DNA of 64,000 nt. It comes from a virus (lineage: Duplodnaviria > Caudoviricetes). The stretch lies in IMG/VR virus record IMGVR_UViG_3300008107_000020. One strand, 5' to 3'. How positions within the stretch are numbered: position 1 is the stretch's first letter; each line of letters starts with the position of its first letter. Made by a program: the position numbers and the translations under genes. A model generated the notes under the pieces. The model did no database searches and was not told the origin of the DNA. It saw only the letters and a list, made by a program, of their open reading frames with translations. Positions 1 to 8,568 of this stretch are shown piece after piece.

Positions 1-2
1 TT

Positions 3-2684
3 GAATTACTTAGAGATTCATTTGACATTTATGTTGTTGAATGGTCTAACCACACTGGTGGTGTGTTGGTTGTACAAAGAGATAAAATAACTTCAATGGT
101 CGCCCCAGATAAATTTTTTACTCTGGAAGAAAATAAAATTCAACTAATTGATATTATTAATAGGGTATCACCAGATATTGTACACTTAGAAGAAATTCCT
201 GAATATTTCATGGATTTTGAGGTTGCAAAAGAAATTTACAAAAAAGATCGTAACTATGTTATTGTAGAAACTTCTCACGATTCATCATACGATGCCACAC
301 AAAAGAAATTTTTCCCAGATAAATTTATGTTTGTATCTGATTGGCAAATTAAATTATTTGAATCAATCGATATCCCAAAAGTTTTGGTTGAATACCCTAT
401 TGAATATAAACAAAGGCCAAATAGAGAAGATGCATTAAAAGACCTTGGTTTAGATCCTAGTAAAAAACACGTATTACACGTTGGTTTATTTACACCAAGA
501 AAAAATCAAAAAGAATTTTTTGATTACGCAAGATCTTTACCTGAATATGTTTTCCATTCTGTTGGTAATCAAGCTGGCAACTTTGCTCATTACTGGGAAC
601 CTTTGATGAAAGATAAACCAGAAAATGTTGTTTGGCATGGTGAAAGAAAAGATGTTGACAGGTTTTATCAGGCGATGGATTTATTCCTATTCACATCTAG
701 AGGTACAGATAATGATAAGGAAACAATGCCTTTGGTTATCCGTGAAGCGATTTCCTGGAATTTACCAATTTTAATTTACAACCTTGGCGTTTATCTTAAT
801 TATTTCGATAAGTTTGATAATATCAAGTACTTAGATTTTTCTGATTTTAACAAAAATTGTTCTTTAATCAAAGAAGTTTTAGAAAATGGTATTGAATTTC
901 AACCAAAAGTTAAAGAAATTAACAAAGAAAAAGAAGCTATCATTATTTCAACATATCCAACAACAAAAAGTGTTTTTGATACAACAGTTGAATGTATTTT
1001 AGCGGCTAAAAGAACGGGTAGAAAAGTTATTTTAACATCACATTTACCAGTTTCACCAGATTTACAAAATTTGGTAGATTATTATATCTACGATAAAAAC
1101 AATATTTTAACAAAACATACATTCTACTCCCAAAGTAGATATAGTGAAGCTGATTTCTTTGCTTTTGTTAACTTAAGAGGTGAAGGTAACGATGTTTATC
1201 ACGGCCCAACTTGCTACACAAATTATTATAATGGCGCTGCGTTGGCAAACGAATTGGGTATGGAAAAAGTTTATTTCCTTAACTACGATTATGTTCTAAA
1301 AAATGATGCGTATCTAGATAACATTTCAAATATATTAGATACAAAATCCGCTTATTTTGGTGATATGCCAAACAATCCAGAAGGTCATTCAGTTACCACA
1401 TTTTTTATGGGTATTAGACCGTCTTTTTATTTAAATTCCGTAGAGCCAATATCTTGCGCACAAGATTATGAAAATTTAAGAACAAAATGGGGTTCATTTA
1501 GTAATGGGTACGAAAATATGATGTTTTTTGCCTTCAAAGATAAAATGAACCAAATCGAATTGGTTGGTGAAGAACAGTTTAAAAATGAAGTGGCGACTAA
1601 TTTCCACCATAGAGATTATTCTAGGGTTGAATATTTCACAGTTTTGCCAACAACAGTACCTAACTCGTTTGCTGTTTATTTCCAGGTATCAAATTCAATT
1701 GACAGTAGAATTGTTAATATTAAAATTAATAAGAATGGGTCTTTACTTAAAGAGGAACAAATTACTGTAACAGGTAGAGGTGCTTGGTATAACATGGTTG
1801 GTTATAATTTAGATGAAAACGCTGAATATACCGTTGATTATCAGTCCTTTGATAAGGATACCCAACAATTTATTGAAAGTAAGTTTTTAAGAATTAACAA
1901 TGATTATATCACAAATGTCTTACCGAATAACGGAATGTTTGAATATAAAGGTGATATTAACGGCATCAATTTATTGAGTGATAATGATAGTTCAAAACCT
2001 AAAATTAGAATTGTACATTTAGTTACTGAACCATCAACCAACCCTAAAGAGTTACGTTCAGCTTTTTCTTTAAAAGATTTTGCTAGTAACTTCGACAATG
2101 TTGAATACTATGAAAAAATCAACGAGATCTACAAAGAGTTACCACCAGTTGATACGTGTAATAGACCACATGATGTTGCACCTGAACCAGGGTACTTCAA
2201 ACTATCCCCAGGGCATTACGGCTGTTTCTTGGCACATAAAAACGGTATAACTTTACCAGATAACAACAAATATGATTTCATCTTAGTGTTTGAGGGTGAT
2301 GTCATAATTGATGCACCTTACCAGGAATTGTATGATAATTTAATTAGATGGTCACAACTGGCTAAAGAAGAAAATGTTGATATGGTCGGTTTTGGTAACT
2401 ACTGCGCTGAGAGATATAGTGGTGAGCGTGAGGATTTAATGCTTAATTTAAGTATTTTTGCACCAGCGCAATCTTACTTGATTAATAGAGAAAAATTACC
2501 TACTTTTGTAGAAAGATTTGAAACGTGTAAATGGGATGCGTTTGACTTGTGGATGACCAAAGTTGCCAAACTACACGGTGCAATGGCAAACAAGATTTAT
2601 ACTAAACATTTACCAGGATATTCTATTGTAGATAGAAAAGATAAAAATAAAGACAACGACTACGCAGCAATTTTCACTAATTAA
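3..2684 (+). CDS. Multidomain glycosyltransferase (N-terminal GT-B/GT4-like, C-terminal GT25-like); 5'-truncated by the window edge
   Basis: Frame is open from position 3 (ELLRDSFDIYVVEWSNHTGG...). GT4-type motifs VLHVGLFTPRKNQ, WHGERKDVDRFYQAMDLFLFTS and ETMPLVIREA. C-terminal GHYGCFLAH...ILVFEGDV resembles GT25. Confidence 0.85.
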   Translation, partial: ELLRDSFDIYVVEWSNHTGGVLVVQRDKITSMVAPDKFFTLEENKIQLIDIINRVSPDIVHLEEIPEYFMDFEVAKEIYKKDRNYVIVETSHDSSYDATQKKFFPDKFMFVSDWQIKLFESIDIPKVLVEYPIEYKQRPNREDALKDLGLDPSKKHVLHVGLFTPRKNQKEFFDYARSLPEYVFHSVGNQAGNFAHYWEPLMKDKPENVVWHGERKDVDRFYQAMDLFLFTSRGTDNDKETMPLVIREAISWNLPILIYNLGVYLNYFDKFDNIKYLDFSDFNKNCSLIKEVLENGIEFQPKVKEINKEKEAIIISTYPTTKSVFDTTVECILAAKRTGRKVILTSHLPVSPDLQNLVDYYIYDKNNILTKHTFYSQSRYSEADFFAFVNLRGEGNDVYHGPTCYTNYYNGAALANELGMEKVYFLNYDYVLKNDAYLDNISNILDTKSAYFGDMPNNPEGHSVTTFFMGIRPSFYLNSVEPISCAQDYENLRTKWGSFSNGYENMMFFAFKDKMNQIELVGEEQFKNEVATNFHHRDYSRVEYFTVLPTTVPNSFAVYFQVSNSIDSRIVNIKINKNGSLLKEEQITVTGRGAWYNMVGYNLDENAEYTVDYQSFDKDTQQFIESKFLRINNDYITNVLPNNGMFEYKGDINGINLLSDNDSSKPKIRIVHLVTEPSTNPKELRSAFSLKDFASNFDNVEYYEKINEIYKELPPVDTCNRPHDVAPEPGYFKLSPGHYGCFLAHKNGITLPDNNKYDFILVFEGDVIIDAPYQELYDNLIRWSQLAKEENVDMVGFGNYCAERYSGEREDLMLNLSIFAPAQSYLINREKLPTFVERFETCKWDAFDLWMTKVAKLHGAMANKIYTKHLPGYSIVDRKDKNKDNDYAAIFTN

Positions 2685-3277
2685 TGTATTTACACGGGCA
2701 TAAATTAAACACTAAACACCCAGATTTTAGTCTTGGGTGGTGTGAATCGGTATTTAAAGAAATTTGGTTAGATCACGAATACTCAAGATATGGTGTTGAA
2801 GTTGAAAAAGGGGATATTGTTGTTGACTGTGGTGCTAATGTTGGTTTTTTTACTAACTACGCACTAAATTATCGTAAAGCAAAACATGTTTACTCATTTG
2901 AGTGTGATGAAACTTATGTGGAATGTTTAAGACAAAATACAAATGAAAATGTTACCATAACACAAGCATTTGTTTCGGATAGAGATGAAATTGGTCACTA
3001 TAACATAGAGAGAATGTTACATGATTTTGGTTTAACCCACATCGATTTTATTAAAGTTGACATTGAGTGGTGGGAATACCCATTATTAATTAACATGTCA
3101 AATGATACGATGAAAAGAGCGAACAAATGGGTAGTAGAACTACATAGTATATATGATAATTATGATAAAATATTAGATATAATTGAAAAATTTACATTAA
3201 ATGGGTTTGATGTAAATTATGAACAAGTACACAAAGAAACAAACCTAGCATTATTATACGCAAAAAAGAGAATATGA
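2684..3277 (+). CDS. FkbM-family SAM-dependent methyltransferase
   Basis: VVDCGANVGFF SAM-binding motif and IDFIKVDIEWWEY, typical of FkbM. Confidence 0.85.
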   Translation: MYLHGHKLNTKHPDFSLGWCESVFKEIWLDHEYSRYGVEVEKGDIVVDCGANVGFFTNYALNYRKAKHVYSFECDETYVECLRQNTNENVTITQAFVSDRDEIGHYNIERMLHDFGLTHIDFIKVDIEWWEYPLLINMSNDTMKRANKWVVELHSIYDNYDKILDIIEKFTLNGFDVNYEQVHKETNLALLYAKKRI

Positions 3278-4224
3278 AAATTTGTCAAGTACATCCTGGA
3301 TGTGGAATACCAGTGCCACCACCTAATTGGGGTGCTGTAGAAAAAATAGTATGGGAATTTACCCAGAATTTAAGATTATTAGGGCATGAGGTTGACATCA
3401 AATATGCAAATGAAATTCAACCAGGTGAATATGATGTTGTTCACGTGCACATGGCCAATTTATGCCATTTTTTACACGATAGAGGTATACCATACATTTA
3501 TCAATTACATGATCACCACGCTTATTACTATGGTAAGGGGTCTTATGTGTTCAACCAAAATAATAGGGCTATTCTCGAGTCACAGGTTTCATTAATGCCA
3601 GGTAGATTTTTAGTACCTTACTTTGAAACAGAAAAAGCTATTTATTTTTCACATGGTGTGAATACCGATTTTTATCACCCTTCAGACATCAGACCTAAAG
3701 AGCATAAACTATTATGTTTAGCTAATAACGGATTAGCTGGTATGGATGGGTACGATAGAAAAGGTTTTGGCTTTGCAATTCAAGCCGCAATGGCAAGAAA
3801 TCTACCGATCACAATTGCTGGTCCAAGAAATAACCAAAATTTCTTTAATGAGAATCCGTGGGTTAATGGGTACGCAAAATTATCAATTGAGTGGGAACCT
3901 AATCAAGATGAATTAGTTAATCTATACCATAGACATACAATTTTTATGCACCCTTCTGAATTAGAAGCTGGCCACCCTAATTTAACTATATTAGAGGCCG
4001 CTGCATGTGGCTTACCAATTAACGGTGCCATTGAGATGGAAACTGATTTTAACGGTATGTGGAGAGCACCTAGAAAGGTTACAGATATTGTACGTGGGTT
4101 AGATGATATTATAGCTAATTACGATTCATACCGTGAAAGAGCTATTCAACACGCTGAGTCTTTATCATGGTACAATAGATCAAAAGAATTATTAGAAGTT
4201 TATAAACAATACGCACAACAATGA
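3274..4224 (+). CDS. GT4-family glycosyltransferase
   Basis: PPPNWGAVEKIVW N-terminus, HGVNTDFY, and PSELEAGHPNLTILEAAACGLP (EX7E-like). Confidence 0.85.
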   Translation: MKICQVHPGCGIPVPPPNWGAVEKIVWEFTQNLRLLGHEVDIKYANEIQPGEYDVVHVHMANLCHFLHDRGIPYIYQLHDHHAYYYGKGSYVFNQNNRAILESQVSLMPGRFLVPYFETEKAIYFSHGVNTDFYHPSDIRPKEHKLLCLANNGLAGMDGYDRKGFGFAIQAAMARNLPITIAGPRNNQNFFNENPWVNGYAKLSIEWEPNQDELVNLYHRHTIFMHPSELEAGHPNLTILEAAACGLPINGAIEMETDFNGMWRAPRKVTDIVRGLDDIIANYDSYRERAIQHAESLSWYNRSKELLEVYKQYAQQ

Positions 4225-5846
4225 GGATATTAGGGCTTTCAGCTGGATCACATTCTTGTGGTATAAGCTTAATAGAGAACGGTAAGATAATCTTTTCTTT
4301 AGAAGAAGAAAGGCATACAAGAATAAAAGTTTACAAAGATTTTTATGGCGGTTATTTTAGATACCCACAGTTATCAATGTATGAAGCGGTTAAAAGATTT
4401 AACCTAGATCCAAACTCAGTTGATTATATAACGAGTTATTACCCCAAACATGAGGTTAAAGTATTTTGGGAAAGCTTAGGGTTAGGTCTATTCCCTGAAC
4501 AGAAATTCATATTCATTGATCATCATGATTCACATGCTGGGACCGCTTATTATATGAGCGGTTTTGATGATGACACACTTGTTGTTACCATGGATGCCAG
4601 CGGTGGACAGTATAGTGCAAAATATTTCGTAGGTTCTAATGGTGATTTAGATTATATCGATGGTTTGGATTTAACAAGAAAATCTTTTGGTCATTATTAT
4701 GCCATGTTAACAGAATTTTTAGGTTTTAGAAGACTTAAAGATGAAGGTAAAGTTGTTGGTATGGCCGCACACGGTAGACATGATAGCCTATCATACCAAG
4801 CCTTTAATGAGTGTATTAAAATTGAGGGTATACACACCGATAAAGACCAATCAGACGTACTATTAGGTCAAATTTATGTTGATTTTTATACCAGATATTA
4901 TAAATCATTAGGTTCTAAAGTGTTTTTTGGGACAAAAGCTGACTTAGCATATACAGGGCAATTTGTTTTTGAGGAAAAAATATTACAAGTTTTTAATAAC
5001 TTACATAACATGTACCCAAACATTAAAAAAGTTGCTGTAGCTGGTGGAGTTTTTGCTAATGTAAAATTAAATAAACGCATCAATGAATTATATTGGGTTA
5101 ATGAAATGTTTGTCGCACCCCCAATGGGTGATGAAGGTTGTCCGCTTGGTTGTGCTTTATTGGTACATAAAATGTTTACACCAGGGTTCAAACCATTTAG
5201 ATTAGAAAACATGTTTATGGGTACGGAGTATACTGATACTGAAGTTGGTGAACATTTTTGGGACCAAAATAAATTTTCAAGGGAGATATTCACCCCAGAA
5301 TTGGCAGCAAAATACTTGGCTGAAGGTAAAATTATCGGTATGTTCAACGGAAGGTATGAGCACGGCCCAAGGGCTTTAGGTAATCGTAGTATTATTGGTG
5401 AGGTAACTAACCCAGATACATATGATAAAATTAATAACAAACTACAAAGAAATGATTTCATGCCATTTGCGCCAGCTGTAATGGAAGAACATGCTGATAC
5501 AATTTTTAATGTCACAAAATCAAGATATACAGCTGAGTTTATGACGATGTTATATGATACAAGACCTGAGTGGGCCAATAGAATACCAACAGTTGTTCAT
5601 CCTAAGGATAAAACGGCTAGGATACAAATAGTAACTAAAACAAGCAATCCAACATTCTATAAAGTTTTGGATGAATATAATAAAATAACTGGCGTACCTG
5701 TTCTTTTAAATACATCATTTAATGTACACGAAGAACCAATCGTATGTCACCCAAACGAAGCGTTTAATCATTTACAGAATGACGTTGTTGACTTATTAAT
5801 AATAAATAATTTTATCTACAAAAAATATGAAGGACATCTTAATTAA
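4221..5846 (+). CDS. Carbamoyltransferase (NodU/CmcH/TobZ family)
   Basis: EEERHTRIK, HHDSHA, AGGVFANVKLN, GPRALGNRSI, FMPFAP and VLLNTSFNVHEEPIV motifs. Confidence 0.93.
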   Translation: MRILGLSAGSHSCGISLIENGKIIFSLEEERHTRIKVYKDFYGGYFRYPQLSMYEAVKRFNLDPNSVDYITSYYPKHEVKVFWESLGLGLFPEQKFIFIDHHDSHAGTAYYMSGFDDDTLVVTMDASGGQYSAKYFVGSNGDLDYIDGLDLTRKSFGHYYAMLTEFLGFRRLKDEGKVVGMAAHGRHDSLSYQAFNECIKIEGIHTDKDQSDVLLGQIYVDFYTRYYKSLGSKVFFGTKADLAYTGQFVFEEKILQVFNNLHNMYPNIKKVAVAGGVFANVKLNKRINELYWVNEMFVAPPMGDEGCPLGCALLVHKMFTPGFKPFRLENMFMGTEYTDTEVGEHFWDQNKFSREIFTPELAAKYLAEGKIIGMFNGRYEHGPRALGNRSIIGEVTNPDTYDKINNKLQRNDFMPFAPAVMEEHADTIFNVTKSRYTAEFMTMLYDTRPEWANRIPTVVHPKDKTARIQIVTKTSNPTFYKVLDEYNKITGVPVLLNTSFNVHEEPIVCHPNEAFNHLQNDVVDLLIINNFIYKKYEGHLN

Positions 5847-7098
5847 CGAATACAATAATACTGAAATCTTAGCAAAAGATTACAAACAACCAGCAAACTC
5901 ATTTATAGTACATTTTGTAAATGGTGCTTTATGTGAAATTAAAGGACCGATATCAAAAAAATACAAGGTTGTTTTTTCTGATAATAAAACTGGGCACGTT
6001 CATCACGTATCTGAGATTACAAATAACATGTGGACTAAAAGTGCCATTGAATATTTTATCGAATGGAATATTAAAGTATATGAGTTAGAAACGGAAGAGT
6101 TAGTTTTTGAACACACATACGATTGTAAAGATAAAAGGGTTTACATCCATTTAGATAGCTCTGCTGTTGGTGATACAATGGCTTGGTTTCCGTATGCGGA
6201 TGAGTTCAGAAAAAAACACGGGTGTAAAGTTTTGTGCTCAACATTCCATAATGAATGGTTTGAGGGTATGTATCCAGAAATTGAATTTGTTAAACCTGGT
6301 ACACCTGTTATTGATTTATACGCAATGTATAAGATTGGTTGGTTTTACGATAATAAAGAAGTTGTTAAAACCAAAATCCCGATTGATTTTAAACAGCACC
6401 CTTTACAAGAAACTAGTTCATGTATTCTAGGGTTGGATTATGAAGAGGTTAAACCAAAGGTTTTTGTACCAGAAGAGCCTAGTAGAATTGAAGGTAAATA
6501 TGTTATTATTGCACCTCACGCATCTGCACACGCTAAATATTGGAATCATCCAGGCGGATGGCAAGGTGTTATTGATCACTTAAATGCTAGTGGTTATAAG
6601 GTTGTTATGATTACATCAGAAAAACTGGGTGATGCTTGGCATGATTCAAAACTTGGTGGTACATTAAGAAATGTTATTGATAAAACTGGTGGTCATATTG
6701 ATCTGGTTGACAGAATGATTGACATTAAACACGCATCGGCTTTTATTGGTTTAGGTAGTGGTTTAAGTTGGTTATCTTGGGCTATCGGAACACCTACAGT
6801 TCTTATCTCTGGATTTAGTTACCCTTTATCTGAGTTTGCTGACTGTGAAAGGATTTTTAACCCAAATGTTTGTAACGGATGTTTTAATAGACATTGGTTA
6901 AACCCAGGGGATTGGGAATGGTGCCCAGATCACAAAGATACACCAAGACACTTTGAATGTTCTAAAACTATTGAAACTCAAACTGTTATAGACGCTGTTA
7001 ATAGACTTTTAACCAAAAAAGAAGAGCCAGTTCAAGAGGTCATTGAAGAAAATTTAGAAAAAAAAGATAAAAAAAGTTTTTTTGGTAAGTTTTTTTAG
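5827..7098 (+). CDS. Autotransporter strand-loop-strand O-heptosyltransferase-like protein (TibC/AAH family)
   Basis: N-terminal beta domain followed by RVYIHLDSSAVGDTMAWFPYADEFRKKH, IGLGSGLSWLSWAIGTPTVLISGFS, and Cys-rich CNGCFN...WCP...FECSK. Confidence 0.8.
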   Translation: MKDILINEYNNTEILAKDYKQPANSFIVHFVNGALCEIKGPISKKYKVVFSDNKTGHVHHVSEITNNMWTKSAIEYFIEWNIKVYELETEELVFEHTYDCKDKRVYIHLDSSAVGDTMAWFPYADEFRKKHGCKVLCSTFHNEWFEGMYPEIEFVKPGTPVIDLYAMYKIGWFYDNKEVVKTKIPIDFKQHPLQETSSCILGLDYEEVKPKVFVPEEPSRIEGKYVIIAPHASAHAKYWNHPGGWQGVIDHLNASGYKVVMITSEKLGDAWHDSKLGGTLRNVIDKTGGHIDLVDRMIDIKHASAFIGLGSGLSWLSWAIGTPTVLISGFSYPLSEFADCERIFNPNVCNGCFNRHWLNPGDWEWCPDHKDTPRHFECSKTIETQTVIDAVNRLLTKKEEPVQEVIEENLEKKDKKSFFGKFF

Positions 7099-7099
7099 G

Positions 7100-7132
7100 T
7101 ATATTTGTTGCTATAACATATAATAGCAACAA
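7100..7132 (+). promoter_or_regulatory. Bacteroidota -7 box TATATTTG overlapped by a 10-bp hairpin ending 2 nt before the ATG at 7135
   Basis: TTGTTGCTAT (7105-7114) is perfectly complementary to ATAGCAACAA (7123-7132). Confidence 0.55.
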
Positions 7133-7134
7133 CT

Positions 7135-7710
7135 ATGTTTTATAAATATGACGAAAAACAACTCAAATTTGTTAAGAACAAATTGGGTATAAGGATAGCA
7201 TTAGGAACCACCATTTTATTGATGGTTGGTTCCTTTTTTATTGGTAGGTATACCAGCGGTACACTCACTAAATATGAAAAAGAGTATATTCATATTAATT
7301 GGGAAAAAGAACGTAACGCTATTAATAAAGAAAAACTAGCTAAAGAACTAAAAGAATCTGGTATTAAATTCCCACACATTATAATGGCCCAGGCTATTAT
7401 TGAATCTGGTAATTTTAAGAGCGAACTTTATAAATCAAATAATAATCTATTTGGTATGACAATACCTGGTTCAAGAAATACCACCAATATTGCTGTTGAT
7501 GGTAAATATGCTAAATATAACACATGGCAAAGGTGTGTGCTTGATATGGCTTATCTGCAACAATATAATTTAAAGGGTATTAGATTAGGTAATGATGAGG
7601 ATTACTTTATATATTTGAAAAATAGTAATTACGCTGAAGCTCCGAATTATATAGCCGCTTTAAAAAACGTAATAGATAAAGAAAATTTAAAATCTTATTT
7701 TAATGAGTAA
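7135..7710 (+). CDS. Membrane-anchored glucosaminidase/FlgJ-type (GH73-like) peptidoglycan hydrolase
   Basis: N-terminal hydrophobic helix, then AQAIIESG...NNLFGM and YAEAPNY. Confidence 0.75.
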   Translation: MFYKYDEKQLKFVKNKLGIRIALGTTILLMVGSFFIGRYTSGTLTKYEKEYIHINWEKERNAINKEKLAKELKESGIKFPHIIMAQAIIESGNFKSELYKSNNNLFGMTIPGSRNTTNIAVDGKYAKYNTWQRCVLDMAYLQQYNLKGIRLGNDEDYFIYLKNSNYAEAPNYIAALKNVIDKENLKSYFNE

Positions 7711-8536
7711 AGAAAAATTAAAAGATATTCTTTCAACACCAACTTATTGTGGGCAAGAACAATATCTTATAGCAAAAATAACCAAATATCTTAGTGAAAG
7801 TAATCTGGATTATGTTATTGATGAACACGGTAATATCTTCGTAACAAAGGGTATTGCCGAACATTATCCATGTGTTGTTGCACACACTGATTCTGTGCAT
7901 AGAATTGTTGATATGGATATCTTACATCACCCAGATGAAGAAGACATTATATATGCGGTTGAAAAAGGCACAAATAAGCCCACTGGCTGCGGTGGGGATA
8001 ATAAAGCGGGTGTTTATGTATGTTTGGAGTTACTTGAGCGTGTAGAGGTCTTAAAAGCGGCTTTTTTCGTATCTGAGGAATATGGTTGTTTCGGGTCAAC
8101 ACTAGCAGATGAAGTTTTTTTTCAGGATGTTGGTTATGCTTTACAATTTGATGCACCTGAAAACGATTGGGTTACACACTATTGTAATGGTGTTAAGTTA
8201 TTTGACGAAAATGGTGATTTTTATAAAACAATAAAGCCAATATTGGAAGATTACATGGGTGATTATTCTTTAGGTAGACACCCATATACTGATGTTAGTA
8301 TTCTTGGTGCGTTTTATGATTTTTCATGCATCAACTATTCAGTAGGTTATTATAACATGCATTCAAAGATGGAGTATGTTAGTATTAGTTTTGCACAACA
8401 AGCCAGAAATATCGCTTTAGAGATCATTACATCCCTGGGTAATATAAAGTACACATTTGTTGATGAAAACGTCAGAATTGATAAGGAAAAGGCTAAAGAA
8501 AGGGCTTTAAAATCACTTAACGGTTTAAGGAAATAA
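7703..8536 (+). CDS. M28/M20-clan zinc peptidase-like protein
   Basis: VVAHTDSVH, GGDNKAGV, SEEYGCFGS and YYNMHS metal-binding motifs. Confidence 0.8.
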   Translation: MSKEKLKDILSTPTYCGQEQYLIAKITKYLSESNLDYVIDEHGNIFVTKGIAEHYPCVVAHTDSVHRIVDMDILHHPDEEDIIYAVEKGTNKPTGCGGDNKAGVYVCLELLERVEVLKAAFFVSEEYGCFGSTLADEVFFQDVGYALQFDAPENDWVTHYCNGVKLFDENGDFYKTIKPILEDYMGDYSLGRHPYTDVSILGAFYDFSCINYSVGYYNMHSKMEYVSISFAQQARNIALEIITSLGNIKYTFVDENVRIDKEKAKERALKSLNGLRK

Positions 8537-8538
8537 AA

Positions 8539-8559
8539 AAAGGGGCGCTAGGCCCCTTT
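8539..8559. terminator. Bidirectional intrinsic terminator between convergent genes
   Basis: AAAGGGGC-GCTAG-GCCCCTTT, flanked by A and T runs. Confidence 0.8.
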
Positions 8560-8568
8560 CTTATTTTA

